The notes: generated from the sequence alone by a model not told the origin. DNA of 64,000 bases from Alphaproteobacteria bacterium (GCA_965248765.1 CBDFKF010000003.1:386257-450256); one strand, 5' to 3'; shown: positions 47,909-58,749, counted from the first letter of the stretch. Made by a program: numbers and translations.

Positions 47909-49130
47909 GTGTTCAACCGCTTGGCCGAGCTGCCGGACGAGAGCGTGCATTGCGCGGTCACGAGCCCGCCATACTTTGCCCTTCGGGATTACGGCGTCGA
48001 GGGTGCCATCGGCCTCGAGCCGACTTTCGACGAGCACCTCGAGGTCATGGTCCGCGTGTTCCGCGAGGTCCGGCGCGTCCTGAGAAAAGACGGGACGCTC
48101 TGTCTCAACTACGGCGACGCCTACGCCGGTTCAACCAACGGACGCTCGGCCGCCGACACGAAGGCTCTCGGCAAGGATGACCGCACCTTCCGCGACAAGC
48201 CGTTCTCGACCGTGGGCGGCGTGTTCAAGCCCAAGGACTTGATGATGATGCCCGGCAGGGTCGCGATGGCGCTTCAGGCGGACGGCTGCGACGTCGCCGC
48301 CGCCAGGGCGATCGATCGGGCGATGGAACGGATCGCTGAGGCCTGCGGCGACGCCCCGATCCCCGACCGGGTGCGCGTGACGCTCGAAGCCCTTCGAGCC
48401 GAATATGCCGAAGCCAAGGGGCACTCGTGGTGGCTGCGCAGCAGAGATCGTCTGGCACAAGCCGAATCCACGGCCGGAATCCGCGAAAGATCGGCCAACC
48501 AGCGCGCATGAGAAGGTCTATCTGCTCACCCGGAGCGCCCAGTACTTCTACGACGCCGAAGCGGTCCGTACCCCGGAGACCGGCGGCGCCCACGCTCGGC
48601 GCAAGGATGGGGAATACAAGCCCGCCAAGGGATCGGACCCGAGCAACCGCCGCGCCGGGACGTGGAAGGAACGGTCAGTGAAAATGCCCGACGGCTGGGA
48701 CACCGGCCCAGGCGCTCACGACAGTTTCCACTGGAAAGGTCGTGAAAAGGGCAAGCGAGCGCAGCCACCGCGCCATGAAGCGCACGGTCCGATGCACAAT
48801 GGGCTTGCAGCGTTGGACGAAGTTCCCAAGGCCGAGCAACAGGCGAATGGCGCGAACCTCCGCAACGTCTGGACTATCGCGATCGAGCCTTTTGCTGGCG
48901 CTCATTTTGCCACCATGCCTACGGCCGCGGTCGAGCCCTGCATCAAGGCGGGCTGTCCGGCAGGTGGCGTGGTGCTGGACCCCTTCGCCGGCGCCGGCAC
49001 CGTAGGTCTGGCCGCCGACCGCCTCGGCCGCGATGCGATCCTGATCGAGATCAACCCCGAATATGCCGACATGGCACGCAACCGGATTGCCGATGACGCG
49101 GGCATGTTCGCGGAAGTGGCGGCAGAATGA
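47909..49130 (+). CDS. phage-type DNA N4/N6-methyltransferase, frameshifted near 48430
   Basis: GTG start. TSPPY motif IV in frame 1 (47909-48511). EIVWHKPN and the C-terminal PFAGAGTVG (FxGxG) are in frame 2 (48405-49130). Confidence 0.75.
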
Positions 49131-49261
49131 GAGACGATCTGAGTGCCCTTGATTGGGCCAAGCTGGTGGTTGCCATTGTGGCTGTATTTGCCCCCATTTT
49201 AGCGGCGGGCATCCCGTTTGTTCACATGGTGTGGACGTTCTGGGCGGAGCTGCTGCTATGA

Positions 49262-49640
49262 CGTGGATGACCGCCGGCGCCGACGTGCAGAAGGACCGCA
49301 TCGAGGTCGATGTCTGGGCCTGGGGCCGCGGCCTCGAGAGCTGGCTGATCGAGCATATCGTCATCGAGGGCGGGCCCGAGCGGGCCGAACCCTGGGCCGA
49401 ACTCGACCGGCTGCTCGGCCAAACCTGGCGCTATGAGAACGGCGCCGCGCTGGCGCTCACCAAGCTCGCCATCGACACCGGCTACGAGTCGACCGCGGTC
49501 TATGGCTGGGCGCGCCGCGCCGGCGTCGCGCAGGTGGCCCCGGTCAAGGGCGCCGACGGCTTCAACCGGTCGAGCCCGGTCTCGGGTCCGACCTATGTGG
49601 ATGCGTCCGACGGTGGCAGGAGGCTGCGCCGCGGCAGTAA
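49262..49640 (+). repeat. inverted duplicate of an internal terminase large-subunit fragment
   Basis: TAGADVQKDRIEVDVWAWGRGLESWLIEHIVIEGGPERAEPWAELDRLLGQTW…GPTYVDASDGG corresponds to terL at about 36270-36640. It is about 90% identical at protein level and has the intact frame. Flanking sequence is unrelated. Confidence 0.7.
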
Positions 49641-49947
49641 ACAGCATGCCCGCCTCGATGCGCCCGTAGACGGTGAAGATCATTGCCTCGGCCGCCGGCA
49701 CCGTGGCCCCGACGGCGGCGGCGAAACGGTTCGCCAGCAATGCCCGGCGCCAATCCGCGAGCACCCACGCACGCAACGCCAGGCCTTGGTCGGCATAACA
49801 GCCGATAGTCACCTCGAGCGCGCGTTCGAGCTCGAAGTCGGCATCCAGCAAATCCGCGATCATGCGAAAGCAATCGACCCGCGCTTTGCGGCCGAACGCC
49901 AGCTTGGCGAGCCGCCTCTGGAAGGCGCGCGGCACAGCGGCGTTCAT
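49640..49947 (-). pseudogene. GspF/PilC/PilR-like inner-membrane platform protein, N-terminal fragment
   Basis: MIADLLDADFELERALEVTIGCYADQGLALRAWVLADWRRALLANRF resembles the T2SS/T4P GspF N-domain. Truncated where the terminase fragment starts. Confidence 0.4.
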
Positions 49948-50531
49948 CGCACCCCGCCATCGACGACGGTGAGCGGCGCCGCGAGTTCCCGTTCCGTGCG
50001 CGCCCCCTTGATGAGCGCGTCGAACGGATCGACGGCGCCCTCAGCCACCAGGCGCCAAATCTTCGTGCCGATCGGTGTACCGCCCATCCCATCGCGCCAC
50101 CAGGCCAAGGCGCCGAGCGGATTACAATCCCGCACGAAACCCAAATACCTCTCGTCAGGCAGGATCATCTCGGCCACCGCCTGTTGGCCCGTGTAGCCGT
50201 TCCAGGCCGCCTCAGCCAGCGCGGGGCTCGCGCCGGAAGTTCATGGCGCCGCCCCGGCGCCGGTGTCGATGAACTGCAGCACTTCGCGCGCCGTAGCGGC
50301 GGCGCGGATCTTCGAGACCATGCGGAAGGCCGGGTACACCCGGCAGAAATCCGTCAGCGTCTTGGCGAAGTGCTCCCTGGTTCCCGTGGGCCGCACCGCG
50401 CCTGAAATACGATAGTCCACCGGATCCTCGATCGTGACCAAATTAGGCTCGTTCCCCATCTCAACCATCTGCAAGTACAGCTTGCCACCGCCCGCGCGAT
50501 CAGGGGCGGCCGTGCCCGCCTTGCGCCCCAA
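49944..50531 (-). pseudogene. GspE/PilB/PilQ-type secretion ATPase, degenerate fragments
   Basis: LVTIEDPVDYRISG…AKTLTDFCRVYPAFRMVSKIR parallels the GspE xxTIEDPVEY…ALR..LRqDPDvImvGEiRD block. Only fragments survive, in more than one frame. Confidence 0.4.
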
Positions 50532-50546
50532 GAGGGCTCGTAATTT

Positions 50547-51365
50547 TCATGGCGTGGCCACCGCGCCCGGCGCCGGGCCATAAGGCAGCAACGCGTCCTC
50601 CACACCTGCTATCCACACCCCGGGCGGGCGGACGCCGATCCGCTCGATACGACCCCCGCCGGGCAGCGGATCGCCCACCCGCACGAACCACACGCCGCTG
50701 CCGTCGGTAACCCCGGCGCGCAGATCAGCCCCGCTGCCGATAATCGAAAACCAGACAAAGGATGGCGGCGGCGGCAGCTTCGTCTCGCGGGGTCCCGTGG
50801 GCTGCGCGCCGGGCTCGGCCTCACCGGCCTCGCCACCCGCCGCCCCGCCGGTCAAACGGGACAACAGCACAGGCGCCGTCCCCGGCGCGTCCGCCTCGGC
50901 GGCGGCCGGCTCCGCCTTCTCGCCCGGCGGCGCCCAAAGCTCCTCGAGCCTCGCATCCATCTGATAGACATCGGCAATCACCTTCTGGCGCCCATGGCAC
51001 AGCTTCAGCATCTCACGCTCGATCGCGAGTGCCGCCAACGCGTCATCCTCGTCGGCCGCATCCGCCAACAGCCCCGTCAGGACGTCACGCGGACAGGCAG
51101 GGATGCCGTCCGAACCCGACACAGCCTCCGGCGCCTCCACGCCATCCTCCAACTGTCCGAGAAGCCGGCTTGCGCCGGGCGAGGGCGCCTGCGGCGCCGC
51201 TGCCGGCGCAGGCTCACTTGCCGGCGGGAGAACCGGCAACAGCGCCTCCTGAGCCAACAACTCGCCGGCAGACAGCGTCGCCACGGCCAGCGTCAGACAG
51301 AGGCCGGCACGAGCCGCGGCGCCGCAGGCCCAGGAAACAGCCCGGATCATTGCGACAGCGTCCAA
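50547..51365 (-). CDS. secreted Pro/Ala-rich protein with a PilP-like C-terminal beta domain
   Basis: Signal peptide, low-complexity linker, then C-terminal FVWFSIIGSGADLRAGVTDGSGVWFVRVGDPLPGGGRIERIGVRPPGVWIAGVE resembling pilus-assembly PilP. Confidence 0.4.
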   Translation of the reverse strand: MDAVAMIRAVSWACGAAARAGLCLTLAVATLSAGELLAQEALLPVLPPASEPAPAAAPQAPSPGASRLLGQLEDGVEAPEAVSGSDGIPACPRDVLTGLLADAADEDDALAALAIEREMLKLCHGRQKVIADVYQMDARLEELWAPPGEKAEPAAAEADAPGTAPVLLSRLTGGAAGGEAGEAEPGAQPTGPRETKLPPPPSFVWFSIIGSGADLRAGVTDGSGVWFVRVGDPLPGGGRIERIGVRPPGVWIAGVEDALLPYGPAPGAVATP

Positions 51366-52555
51366 CCGACATGGGCGGCAAGCTCGTCCCAGGGATAGGC
51401 GTTCGTGCGGTCGATCCCTTCAAGGTTGACGTGCAGCCGTCCGCGCGACCACCACCACGTGCCGGGCACATCTTCCCCGTCCGTGGTCCGGGCAACGAGC
51501 TGGCCGCCCTCAGCGAACCCGAACGCCACCCGCTCGCGCTCCAGGAAGGGCAGCACCACGTCCTCGCCGCGTCCGACGACCCAGTCCATCATCTGCATCG
51601 CCGCGTAGCGCTCGCCGGTGGCAAGAAAGGGCAGCGCAAACCCCAGGAAGTAGGTGCGCTTCTCCGGCAAGTGCTCGTATTGAAGGTTGAGTTTCTTCCC
51701 GTCGCCCGAGGCGACGAGATAGCCGATATCCTCAATCGCGCCGTCGGCGTTAAGCCGCCACAACTCATCGCGCTCCGGATTGAGCACGAGCACGAATCGT
51801 GGCCCGGTGAAATCAACCAGCACCCGGCCATCGTTCTCAATCAGGAATTGCTTCAGCGCCGCCGCCGGAAAGGTCGGCCCACCGTCCGCTGCCCCCATGC
51901 CGGTGCCGCCAGGCGTTGGCGGTTCCGAACCCATGAGCCCGCGAAGCGGCGCATCGGGGTCCTGAACCATGAGTTTATCGAAACGCTTGGCGGTCTGCTT
52001 CTCGTTGATCGGCAGGTCGGCGGGAAGAGCCAGCTTCGGGCAAGCATCCTTCAACACCCGTGGCCAGCTATCTTGGACCCAGCCGACCGCCGCATGGTAC
52101 CAAGCCATTGTCTTCCGATCCCAAAATTCGTCGTGCACCATCCCGGTTTGAGGGTTGTAAAAGATCGGCCTGTGACGCTTCTTCTCGGCCGGATCAGGCT
52201 TTTTGCCCACCTTGTATTGGTTGTAGAGAGCACGGTACCGATCGGACTTCGCCATCCGCCAACGCTCATTGATGGCCTGATATCGGCCCCGCACACGTTG
52301 GCACGTATGGATATCGCCGTTCGGGTCATGATAGTGCGCCCAGACAAACTTACGATCCGACGCGCGCCTAGCAAGAGGTCTCTGCAGCACCCAAACCCGC
52401 CCGGTAAGCAATTCTTCAAAGAACTCCGGGCCATGGGAACTGTAGTTCTGGTACCGAACATTATCTTTTGCCTTAGTGCTGGCGCTCCATGTCATCGCAA
52501 AAGCAGCCATCAAACATACGGCGGCAACCGTTGCCGTCCTTGTGGCTATCATCAT
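51347..52555 (-). CDS. hypothetical secreted protein (402 aa)
   Basis: N-terminal signal peptide. No recognised domain. Lower local GC. Part of the pilus-like cluster. Confidence 0.45.
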   Translation of the reverse strand: MMIATRTATVAAVCLMAAFAMTWSASTKAKDNVRYQNYSSHGPEFFEELLTGRVWVLQRPLARRASDRKFVWAHYHDPNGDIHTCQRVRGRYQAINERWRMAKSDRYRALYNQYKVGKKPDPAEKKRHRPIFYNPQTGMVHDEFWDRKTMAWYHAAVGWVQDSWPRVLKDACPKLALPADLPINEKQTAKRFDKLMVQDPDAPLRGLMGSEPPTPGGTGMGAADGGPTFPAAALKQFLIENDGRVLVDFTGPRFVLVLNPERDELWRLNADGAIEDIGYLVASGDGKKLNLQYEHLPEKRTYFLGFALPFLATGERYAAMQMMDWVVGRGEDVVLPFLERERVAFGFAEGGQLVARTTDGEDVPGTWWWSRGRLHVNLEGIDRTNAYPWDELAAHVGWTLSQ

Positions 52556-52620
52556 CCGGTCCTTGCTCCTTCAGCCACACTCTGCATGCTAGACTATCCC
52601 CCTCGTTAGTCCCCTGAACT

Positions 52621-53850
52621 TTAAGCTCCACCACCGCCCTCTGGACATACTGTGGGGCCGGGGGAGTGGCTGGGCCCACAGCCCCCACAAGGCGCGGGGC
52701 CGCTTGGCCCCGAACCGGGCCCCGGACCGGGCCCCGGATTGGGCCCCGCGGCGGTCACGCAGGTATCGGCGTCAAGCACCCAGTTGGTGTAGCCGATGTT
52801 GATTATGGGCTGCATATCCCACGCGAACTGAGTCGAACGCTCGATCCTCGTACGCTGCAATGTAATGGAACCGGTTTGCCCCGCTGGGCAACTCTCGGCA
52901 CTTGCCTCCGTAAAACTGTTCTCGAGGATCGCCGGCGTCGGCGTCACCGGCGCCAGCCCCGTCCAGCAACTCGACGAGACGAACTGCGGCGCACCCAGCG
53001 TTGTGCCACCCGCCGTCACGGTCTTCAGGCGCCGCCAGATATCACGCCCCTCCATCGTGCGGTTGTGCGGCGGGCCCGCGAACCAGGAACAGACATTGCT
53101 ATAGTGCTCCCACTCACTGTAGTCGGTCCGGCAGGCATCAATGAAGACCTGCCAAGGGCCGTTAACCGGCGCGCCGACGTCATCGCCGCGGGCGTTGCGA
53201 TCCTGGCTCACCTCGCGGATCATCGTCCGCCCGGCGCCGTGGCTGCCAGACGGGCAGGCATCGAGCCGGCGCTCGCGGGTAACGCGGGCAGTTATCTGCC
53301 CGTAGGGGTCGGGCACGAGGCCGGCAAGGGCGGCCCGTCCCTCCGGCAAGGCGCCGCCGAACGACGCAGCCGACAAACAGGCGGCCAGAGCCACGTCGGC
53401 ACGGCCCACCGCACCCTCCGCCACCCCGCCCTCGAGCCAGTGCAGCACCGGCGGCCGGCCGCCGACCCCGTCCGAGCCGTAGGTATGCGGCGCCGCATGA
53501 ACCGCCCGGTGATCGGTGCCAACCCCCTTGAGGGTTTCCGGCTCCAAATATACCAGCAGAGTGTCGTCGCAGTACCGCGCCCGGACGCCGCGGGTCGTTC
53601 ACGAATCGAGCCATCTTGTCGCCGCCGGCGGCACCGCCCCCGTCCACACGGTGGCCGCGGTCGATTCGTCGCGAATGAAGTTCTCGAGATGGCGGTAGGC
53701 GACATCAACCGCCCGGGCGTGCGCCAAGCTCTCCTGGCGATAAACCGCCGCCGATCCCTCTTCTCGTGCTCCTGCCGGCGTGGCCGCGAACAGCGCGACG
53801 ACGCAAACGACCCCCAGCAGCCAACTGGCGTAACGGCTAAAGTGCTTCAT
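52621..53850 (-). CDS. hypothetical secreted protein with a Cys-rich, Gly-Pro-repeat C-terminus (apparent frameshift near 53550-53600)
   Basis: Signal peptide at 53850 (MKHFSRYASWLLGVVCVVALFAATPAGA). The body is in ORF 52621-53547. The tail is …GPNPGPGPGPGSGPSGPAPCGGCGPSHSPGPTVCPEGGGGA. Confidence 0.4.
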
Positions 53851-55024
53851 TCTTTCCTCCCATCAGTTCCTCAAACCGGGATTCCAACATCGATACCGGC
53901 GCCACCGGCCGGCCCTCGAGACGCCACCCGCCCTCCACCGCGCGGACGAGCTCGACGATCTCCAAAGCGGCGATCTCCGCGGCGTCGTCCGCGATCGGAC
54001 CCAGCGCATCCTCGCTCTCGATGCGCACCATCCAGGTGCCGTCCTGCGCGCGCGCATACTTGATCTGCGCCCCGTGCACGCCGAAGCGGCGGTCCACCGC
54101 CCGGCGAAACGCCAGGAACGGCGGAGCAGGCGGAACCTCAGTCGTCAGCACGGGCCCGAGCAGCAGCAGGCCCCAGGCCCGCCCGCCCGTGACCGCAGCC
54201 GCATACCAGCCCGAAAGATGGCGCTCGGCGATCTGCCGGTGCAGCGGTTCGGCATGCCCCGCCTTGAGCCGCCAGCGCACCAGTAGCACCGCACGGTCCG
54301 TGACCTCCGGGCGCAGCGCCGTCAGCGCGGGATCCGCAAACCGCGCCGCACACGACAGCCGCTCGATCTCCCACGCCGCCAAATAAGGCGGCTGCTCCCG
54401 CAACACCCGCCGGCAGGCCTCGATCAGCACCACACTGTCAACGGCCGCGCTAACCCGGGGCGGGGGCGCTTCCGCGACCACCGGCGCGAGCGGTCCCATC
54501 ACCAAACTCGTGATCTCATCCCAATAAACCCAGCCCAGCCCCGCGCCAAACAGGCTCAGTCCGACGATGACCGACGCCGCTATCCCGCCCGCGGTGAACC
54601 GCACCGCCAGCGCCGGCTTCAGCACCATCTCCGGCTCGATCGCAAGCGCCGCCGGATCGATCTCCCGAGCGCCCTCGACCAAACCAGGCGTTGCATAGAG
54701 CGACCAACCCAGTGCCCGCGCGCGGCCAAACGCCGCCAGAGCCGACCCGCGGTCCCCGAACACCTCATCGCCATCGGCGAGAACCGCGCCGTTGCGCGCC
54801 TTCACGAGCGCATACCTGACCGCGGCGTCGTCCGCGACCAGCGCCATCCAAAAGTCTTCCTTGATGTGACGCACCAGAGCCGGCACCCCGTCGGGCTTCT
54901 CGCCGCCGGCCGACTCGTCGGCCGCCGCATAGCCCGTTTGCGCGCCCCAATGTACGATCCAAGGGCCGAATTTGCGCGCATCGGCCGCGCTGGCCAGCGC
55001 GCCGCCGCGATCGAGCCAGAACAA
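53837..55024 (-). CDS. hypothetical membrane protein (one central TM helix), pilus-cluster associated
   Basis: 395 aa. The TM segment is GGIAASVIVGLSLFGAGLGWVYW. No family recognised. Confidence 0.4.
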   Translation of the reverse strand: MFWLDRGGALASAADARKFGPWIVHWGAQTGYAAADESAGGEKPDGVPALVRHIKEDFWMALVADDAAVRYALVKARNGAVLADGDEVFGDRGSALAAFGRARALGWSLYATPGLVEGAREIDPAALAIEPEMVLKPALAVRFTAGGIAASVIVGLSLFGAGLGWVYWDEITSLVMGPLAPVVAEAPPPRVSAAVDSVVLIEACRRVLREQPPYLAAWEIERLSCAARFADPALTALRPEVTDRAVLLVRWRLKAGHAEPLHRQIAERHLSGWYAAAVTGGRAWGLLLLGPVLTTEVPPAPPFLAFRRAVDRRFGVHGAQIKYARAQDGTWMVRIESEDALGPIADDAAEIAALEIVELVRAVEGGWRLEGRPVAPVSMLESRFEELMGGKNEAL

Positions 55025-55391
55025 CCCGGCCGCAAACCTCCGTCCCTTGATCTCCAGGACCTGTTACGACATTAACGACGACGGCGCGCCCGAGCTGTTC
55101 GTCTACCTCGGGCTGGGGACCTGGACATGCGGATCGGCCGGTTGCGAGCTCCTCATCTTCGAGGGCCCGCCGGGCGCGCGAACGGAGTTCTCCGGGATGG
55201 CCTCGGGCGATACCCTACGCGTATGGATCAACCCGGAGACCGGCCACAAGACGGGCTACGCGCACATGGCTGGCCTGCGCTGGACCGGTACCGATTACGA
55301 GTGGTTCTGCTACCGTCGGTGCTTCCCGCGCTGCTAGCCTCGGCCGCGATGCGAGGTCGGGACGGATAGGACCGGCGGCGGCCCCGCGCCG

Positions 55392-55940
55392 CTACTCGGC
55401 GAACTTGATGAGCCGGCCTTGGACGGTGCGCTCGACGACACCGCCGACGATGCGGCGGAAGTCGAGCGCCATGCCGCTCGGCGAGAGCGTGCGCTCGTAA
55501 ACCTGCATCGTGTAGGCGCCGTCGGCGGCGATCGTGAGCACGCTCATGCTCAGCGTGTGCTCGCGGATGTGGGCCCAGGCAAAGGCACCTCCGTCCATCG
55601 GATCGCCGTTGGCCTCGCCGCGGAAGACGCCAGCCCGACCGGTGCCGACAAAGCGCATACGGCTGGATTTGCGCACCTCGGTCGGGTTCTCGGGATCGCC
55701 CTTCTGGTGCAGGATGGTGGTCCAAGCGATGTCGAAGCCGCTGCCCGACGGCCGGATCGTCACGTCGAGGTCGCGCATCGTGACCGCAAAGGTGACGCTG
55801 ACCGTGCTCTCCGAGATGGCGCTTCCCTGCCAGGTGCCGGCGAAGGCCTGAATCGAGAGGTCGCGAGTCTGCGCCGCCGCCGTCCCGCCAAGCCAGAGCG
55901 CCACCAAGCCCGCCGCCAGCGCGGTCATCACCTTTGTCAT
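55392..55940 (-). CDS. hypothetical secreted protein
   Basis: 182 aa with signal peptide MTKVMTALAAGLVALWLGGTAAAQ. Confidence 0.5.
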   Translation of the reverse strand: MTKVMTALAAGLVALWLGGTAAAQTRDLSIQAFAGTWQGSAISESTVSVTFAVTMRDLDVTIRPSGSGFDIAWTTILHQKGDPENPTEVRKSSRMRFVGTGRAGVFRGEANGDPMDGGAFAWAHIREHTLSMSVLTIAADGAYTMQVYERTLSPSGMALDFRRIVGGVVERTVQGRLIKFAE

Positions 55941-55954
55941 TACCTTCGTACTCC

Positions 55955-56827
55955 TCAGGGCCAGCTTACGAGCGGCGGCAGGGACATCAGGATAGCCTCC
56001 GGGTTGCCCCCGGTCTTGAGGCCGAACTGGGTGCCGCGGTCATAGAGCAGGTTGAACTCGACGTAGCGGCCGCGGCGTTGGAGCTGATGGGCGCGCTCGG
56101 CCTCGGTCCAGCCCTCGTTCATCCGCCGCCGTACAATCTCAGGGTACACATCCAAGAAAGCTATTCCCACATCGCGGGTGAAGGCGAAGTCTTTCTCCCC
56201 GTCCCCGGTGTCAAGATTGTCAAAGAAGATGCCGCCGATGCCCCGCGCCTCGTTGCGGTGGGGCAGGAAGAAGTACTCATCGCACCAGGCCTTGAACCGC
56301 GCGTAGTAGGCGCCGTCGTGGCGGTCGCAGGCGGCCTTCAGCGCCCCATGGAAGGTCGCGGTCTCGGCGGCGTCCGGATAGATCGGTGTGAGATCGGCGC
56401 CGCCGCCGAACCAGCTCACGCTCGTCGCGATGTGGCGGGTATTCATGTGAGCCGCCGGGACGAGCGGTGAGCGCATGTGGGCAACGATGGAGACACCGCT
56501 CGCCCAAAAGCGCGGATCATCCGCCGCACCGGGCATGCGATCACGGTACTCCGCCGAGAATTCGCCGAACACGGTCGAGACGTTCACGCCCACCTTTTCG
56601 AATACCCGCCCGTGCATCAGAGCCATGACGCCGCCGCCGCCGCCGGGCCGCGTCCAGGCCGTGCGCTCGAAGCGCCCCGGGGCGTACGTGGGCGCGTCCG
56701 CGCCTGCGTATTCGTCCTCGATCGCCTCGAAGGCAGCACAGAGCCCATCGCGCAGCTCGGCAAACCAGGCGGCCGCCCGCTCCTGCAACGGGCCGACCTC
56801 GCTCGCGGCGGGGCGGATACTGGACAT
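55955..56827 (-). CDS. hemF: oxygen-dependent coproporphyrinogen III oxidase
   Basis: HemF family motifs (…[16 protein letters not shown]…, [50 protein letters not shown]). Start at MSSIRP. The ORF track extends 5'. Confidence 0.85.
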   Translation of the reverse strand: MSSIRPAASEVGPLQERAAAWFAELRDGLCAAFEAIEDEYAGADAPTYAPGRFERTAWTRPGGGGGVMALMHGRVFEKVGVNVSTVFGEFSAEYRDRMPGAADDPRFWASGVSIVAHMRSPLVPAAHMNTRHIATSVSWFGGGADLTPIYPDAAETATFHGALKAACDRHDGAYYARFKAWCDEYFFLPHRNEARGIGGIFFDNLDTGDGEKDFAFTRDVGIAFLDVYPEIVRRRMNEGWTEAERAHQLQRRGRYVEFNLLYDRGTQFGLKTGGNPEAILMSLPPLVSWP

Positions 56828-56898
56828 CGCCCGGATTATGGGGAAAATGGCGCGCGCGTTCACGAAAACTTGTGCATCGCACCCTTCAAGGGGACTCC

Positions 56899-57447
56899 AT
56901 GACGACAATGGCGGGGGACGGCGGCCACGCGGCCGATGGGTCGCGGCGCGATTTCTTGTATGTGGCGACCGGCACCGTCGGCGCCGTCGGGGCCGCACTC
57001 GCGATTTGGCCGCTGATCGACCAGATGAACCCGGCCGAAGACGTGCTCGCGCTCGCCTCGACCGAGGTTAACCTGACCGCGATCGAGGTCGGCCAGAGCA
57101 TCACCGTGGTGTGGCGCGGCAAGCCGGTCTTCGTCCGCCGCCGCACGGCCGAAGAGGTCGCCGCGGCCGAAGGAACCGACGTGGACAGCCTGCCCGACCC
57201 GCAGGACGACAGCGCTCGGGTCCAGCAGCCCGAATGGCTTATTCTGGTCGGCGTCTGCACCCATCTCGGCTGCATTCCACTCGGCCAGAAAGGGACCGAT
57301 CCGCGCGGCGACTGGGGCGGCTGGTTCTGCCCGTGTCATGGCTCGCACTACGATACCTCGGGCCGCATCCGCAAGGGCCCGGCGCCAGCGAACCTCGCGG
57401 TGCCCCCCTATGAGTTCCTCGACGAGAGCACGATCAAGATCGGCTAG
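56899..57447 (+). CDS. petA: ubiquinol-cytochrome c reductase Rieske iron-sulfur subunit
   Basis: Tat-type RRDFLY signal anchor. Rieske boxes CTHLGC and CPCHGS. Confidence 0.85.
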   Translation: MTTMAGDGGHAADGSRRDFLYVATGTVGAVGAALAIWPLIDQMNPAEDVLALASTEVNLTAIEVGQSITVVWRGKPVFVRRRTAEEVAAAEGTDVDSLPDPQDDSARVQQPEWLILVGVCTHLGCIPLGQKGTDPRGDWGGWFCPCHGSHYDTSGRIRKGPAPANLAVPPYEFLDESTIKIG

Positions 57448-57493
57448 GGATCAGGATCCGCTAAGCAACAAGAACGGTAAGAGGCCCGTGCTC

Positions 57494-58744
57494 ATGGCAT
57501 CAGGCGGCTTTCAGTCGAGCAACAAGATCGTCCAGTGGATAGAATACCGGCTGCCGATCTTCAGCTTCCTCGACCATTCTGTCGGCACCCAGTACCCGTC
57601 GCCGAAGAACCTGAACTACTGGTGGAACTTCGGCTCGCTCGCCGGCATCGCGCTGGTGATCCAGATCATCACCGGCATCGTTCTGGCCATGCACTACGTG
57701 CCGCACGGCGACATGGCCTTCGACAGCGTCGAGCGCGTCATGCGCGACGTGAACTACGGCTGGCTGATCCGCTACATCCATTCGAACGGCGGCTCGATGT
57801 TCTTCGCCGTCGTGTACATCCATATTTTCCGCGGCCTTTACTACGGCTCGTACAAGTTCCCACGCGAGCTCTTGTGGTGGCTCGGTCTGGTCATCGCGAT
57901 CCTGATGATGGCGACGGCCTTCATGGGCTACGTGCTGCCATGGGGCCAGATGAGCTACTGGGCCGCCACCGTGATCACCAACCTGTTCTCGGCCATCCCG
58001 TGGGTGGGGCCGGCGTTAACCGAATGGCTGTGGGGCGGCTTCGTCGTCGCGACGCCAACGCTGACCCGCTTCTACAGCCTTCACTATCTCTTGCCGTTCG
58101 TGATCGTCGGCGTCGTGATCGTGCACATCTGGGCGCTGCACGTGCACAAATCGAACAACCCGCTCGGCATCGAGATGAAGGGGCCCAAGGATCAGATCCC
58201 CTTCCACCCCTACTACACCGTGAAGGACCTGTTTGGCTTGGGGGTGTTCCTCATCATCTTCGGCTTCTGGGTGTTCTACTTCCCGAACTACCTGAGCCAT
58301 CCCGACAATTACATCCCAGCCAATCCACTGCAGACGCCGCCGCATATCGTGCCGGAGTGGTACCTGTTGCCGTTCTACGCGATCCTGCGCGCCATCCCGT
58401 CGAAGCTCGGCGGCGTCATCGCGATGGCCGCATCGCTCGCGATCCTGTTCCTGGTGCCGTGGCTCGATACCTCGCGGGTGCGCTCCGGCGCCTTCCGTCC
58501 CATCTTCAAGCAGTTTTACTGGCTGTTCGTGCTGGATGTACTGGTGCTCGGCTACATCGGCTCGCAGCCGCCCGAGGGCATCTTCATCCACATCGGGCGC
58601 ATCGCGACGGCCTACTACTTCGTCCACTTCATTCTGATCCTGCCGATCGTCGGCTGGGTCGAACGACCACGTCCGCTACCCGATTCGATATCCGCCGCGG
58701 AGGGCGCCGAAGAAGGGCGCCCGGTGGCGCAGGCGGGGGAGTGA
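57494..58744 (+). CDS. petB: cytochrome b
   Basis: Canonical cytochrome b (WNFGSLAG…, LAMHY, haem-ligand His pairs, PEWY motif). Start at MASGGFQ. Confidence 0.9.
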   Translation: MASGGFQSSNKIVQWIEYRLPIFSFLDHSVGTQYPSPKNLNYWWNFGSLAGIALVIQIITGIVLAMHYVPHGDMAFDSVERVMRDVNYGWLIRYIHSNGGSMFFAVVYIHIFRGLYYGSYKFPRELLWWLGLVIAILMMATAFMGYVLPWGQMSYWAATVITNLFSAIPWVGPALTEWLWGGFVVATPTLTRFYSLHYLLPFVIVGVVIVHIWALHVHKSNNPLGIEMKGPKDQIPFHPYYTVKDLFGLGVFLIIFGFWVFYFPNYLSHPDNYIPANPLQTPPHIVPEWYLLPFYAILRAIPSKLGGVIAMAASLAILFLVPWLDTSRVRSGAFRPIFKQFYWLFVLDVLVLGYIGSQPPEGIFIHIGRIATAYYFVHFILILPIVGWVERPRPLPDSISAAEGAEEGRPVAQAGE

Positions 58745-58749
58745 CGGTC

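Noticed and set aside
50762-52609. 615-aa plus-strand ORF
   Set aside because: Extremely Pro/Arg/Ala-rich translation, antisense to two signal-peptide genes. No codon-bias support.
55056-55337. Possible small lipoprotein-like gene (…YDINDDGAPELFVYLGLGTWTCGSAGCELLIFEG…)
   Set aside because: No in-frame start codon with a ribosome-binding site. It partly overlaps the 3' end of the 53837-55024 gene. It may be a gene remnant, but the evidence is insufficient.
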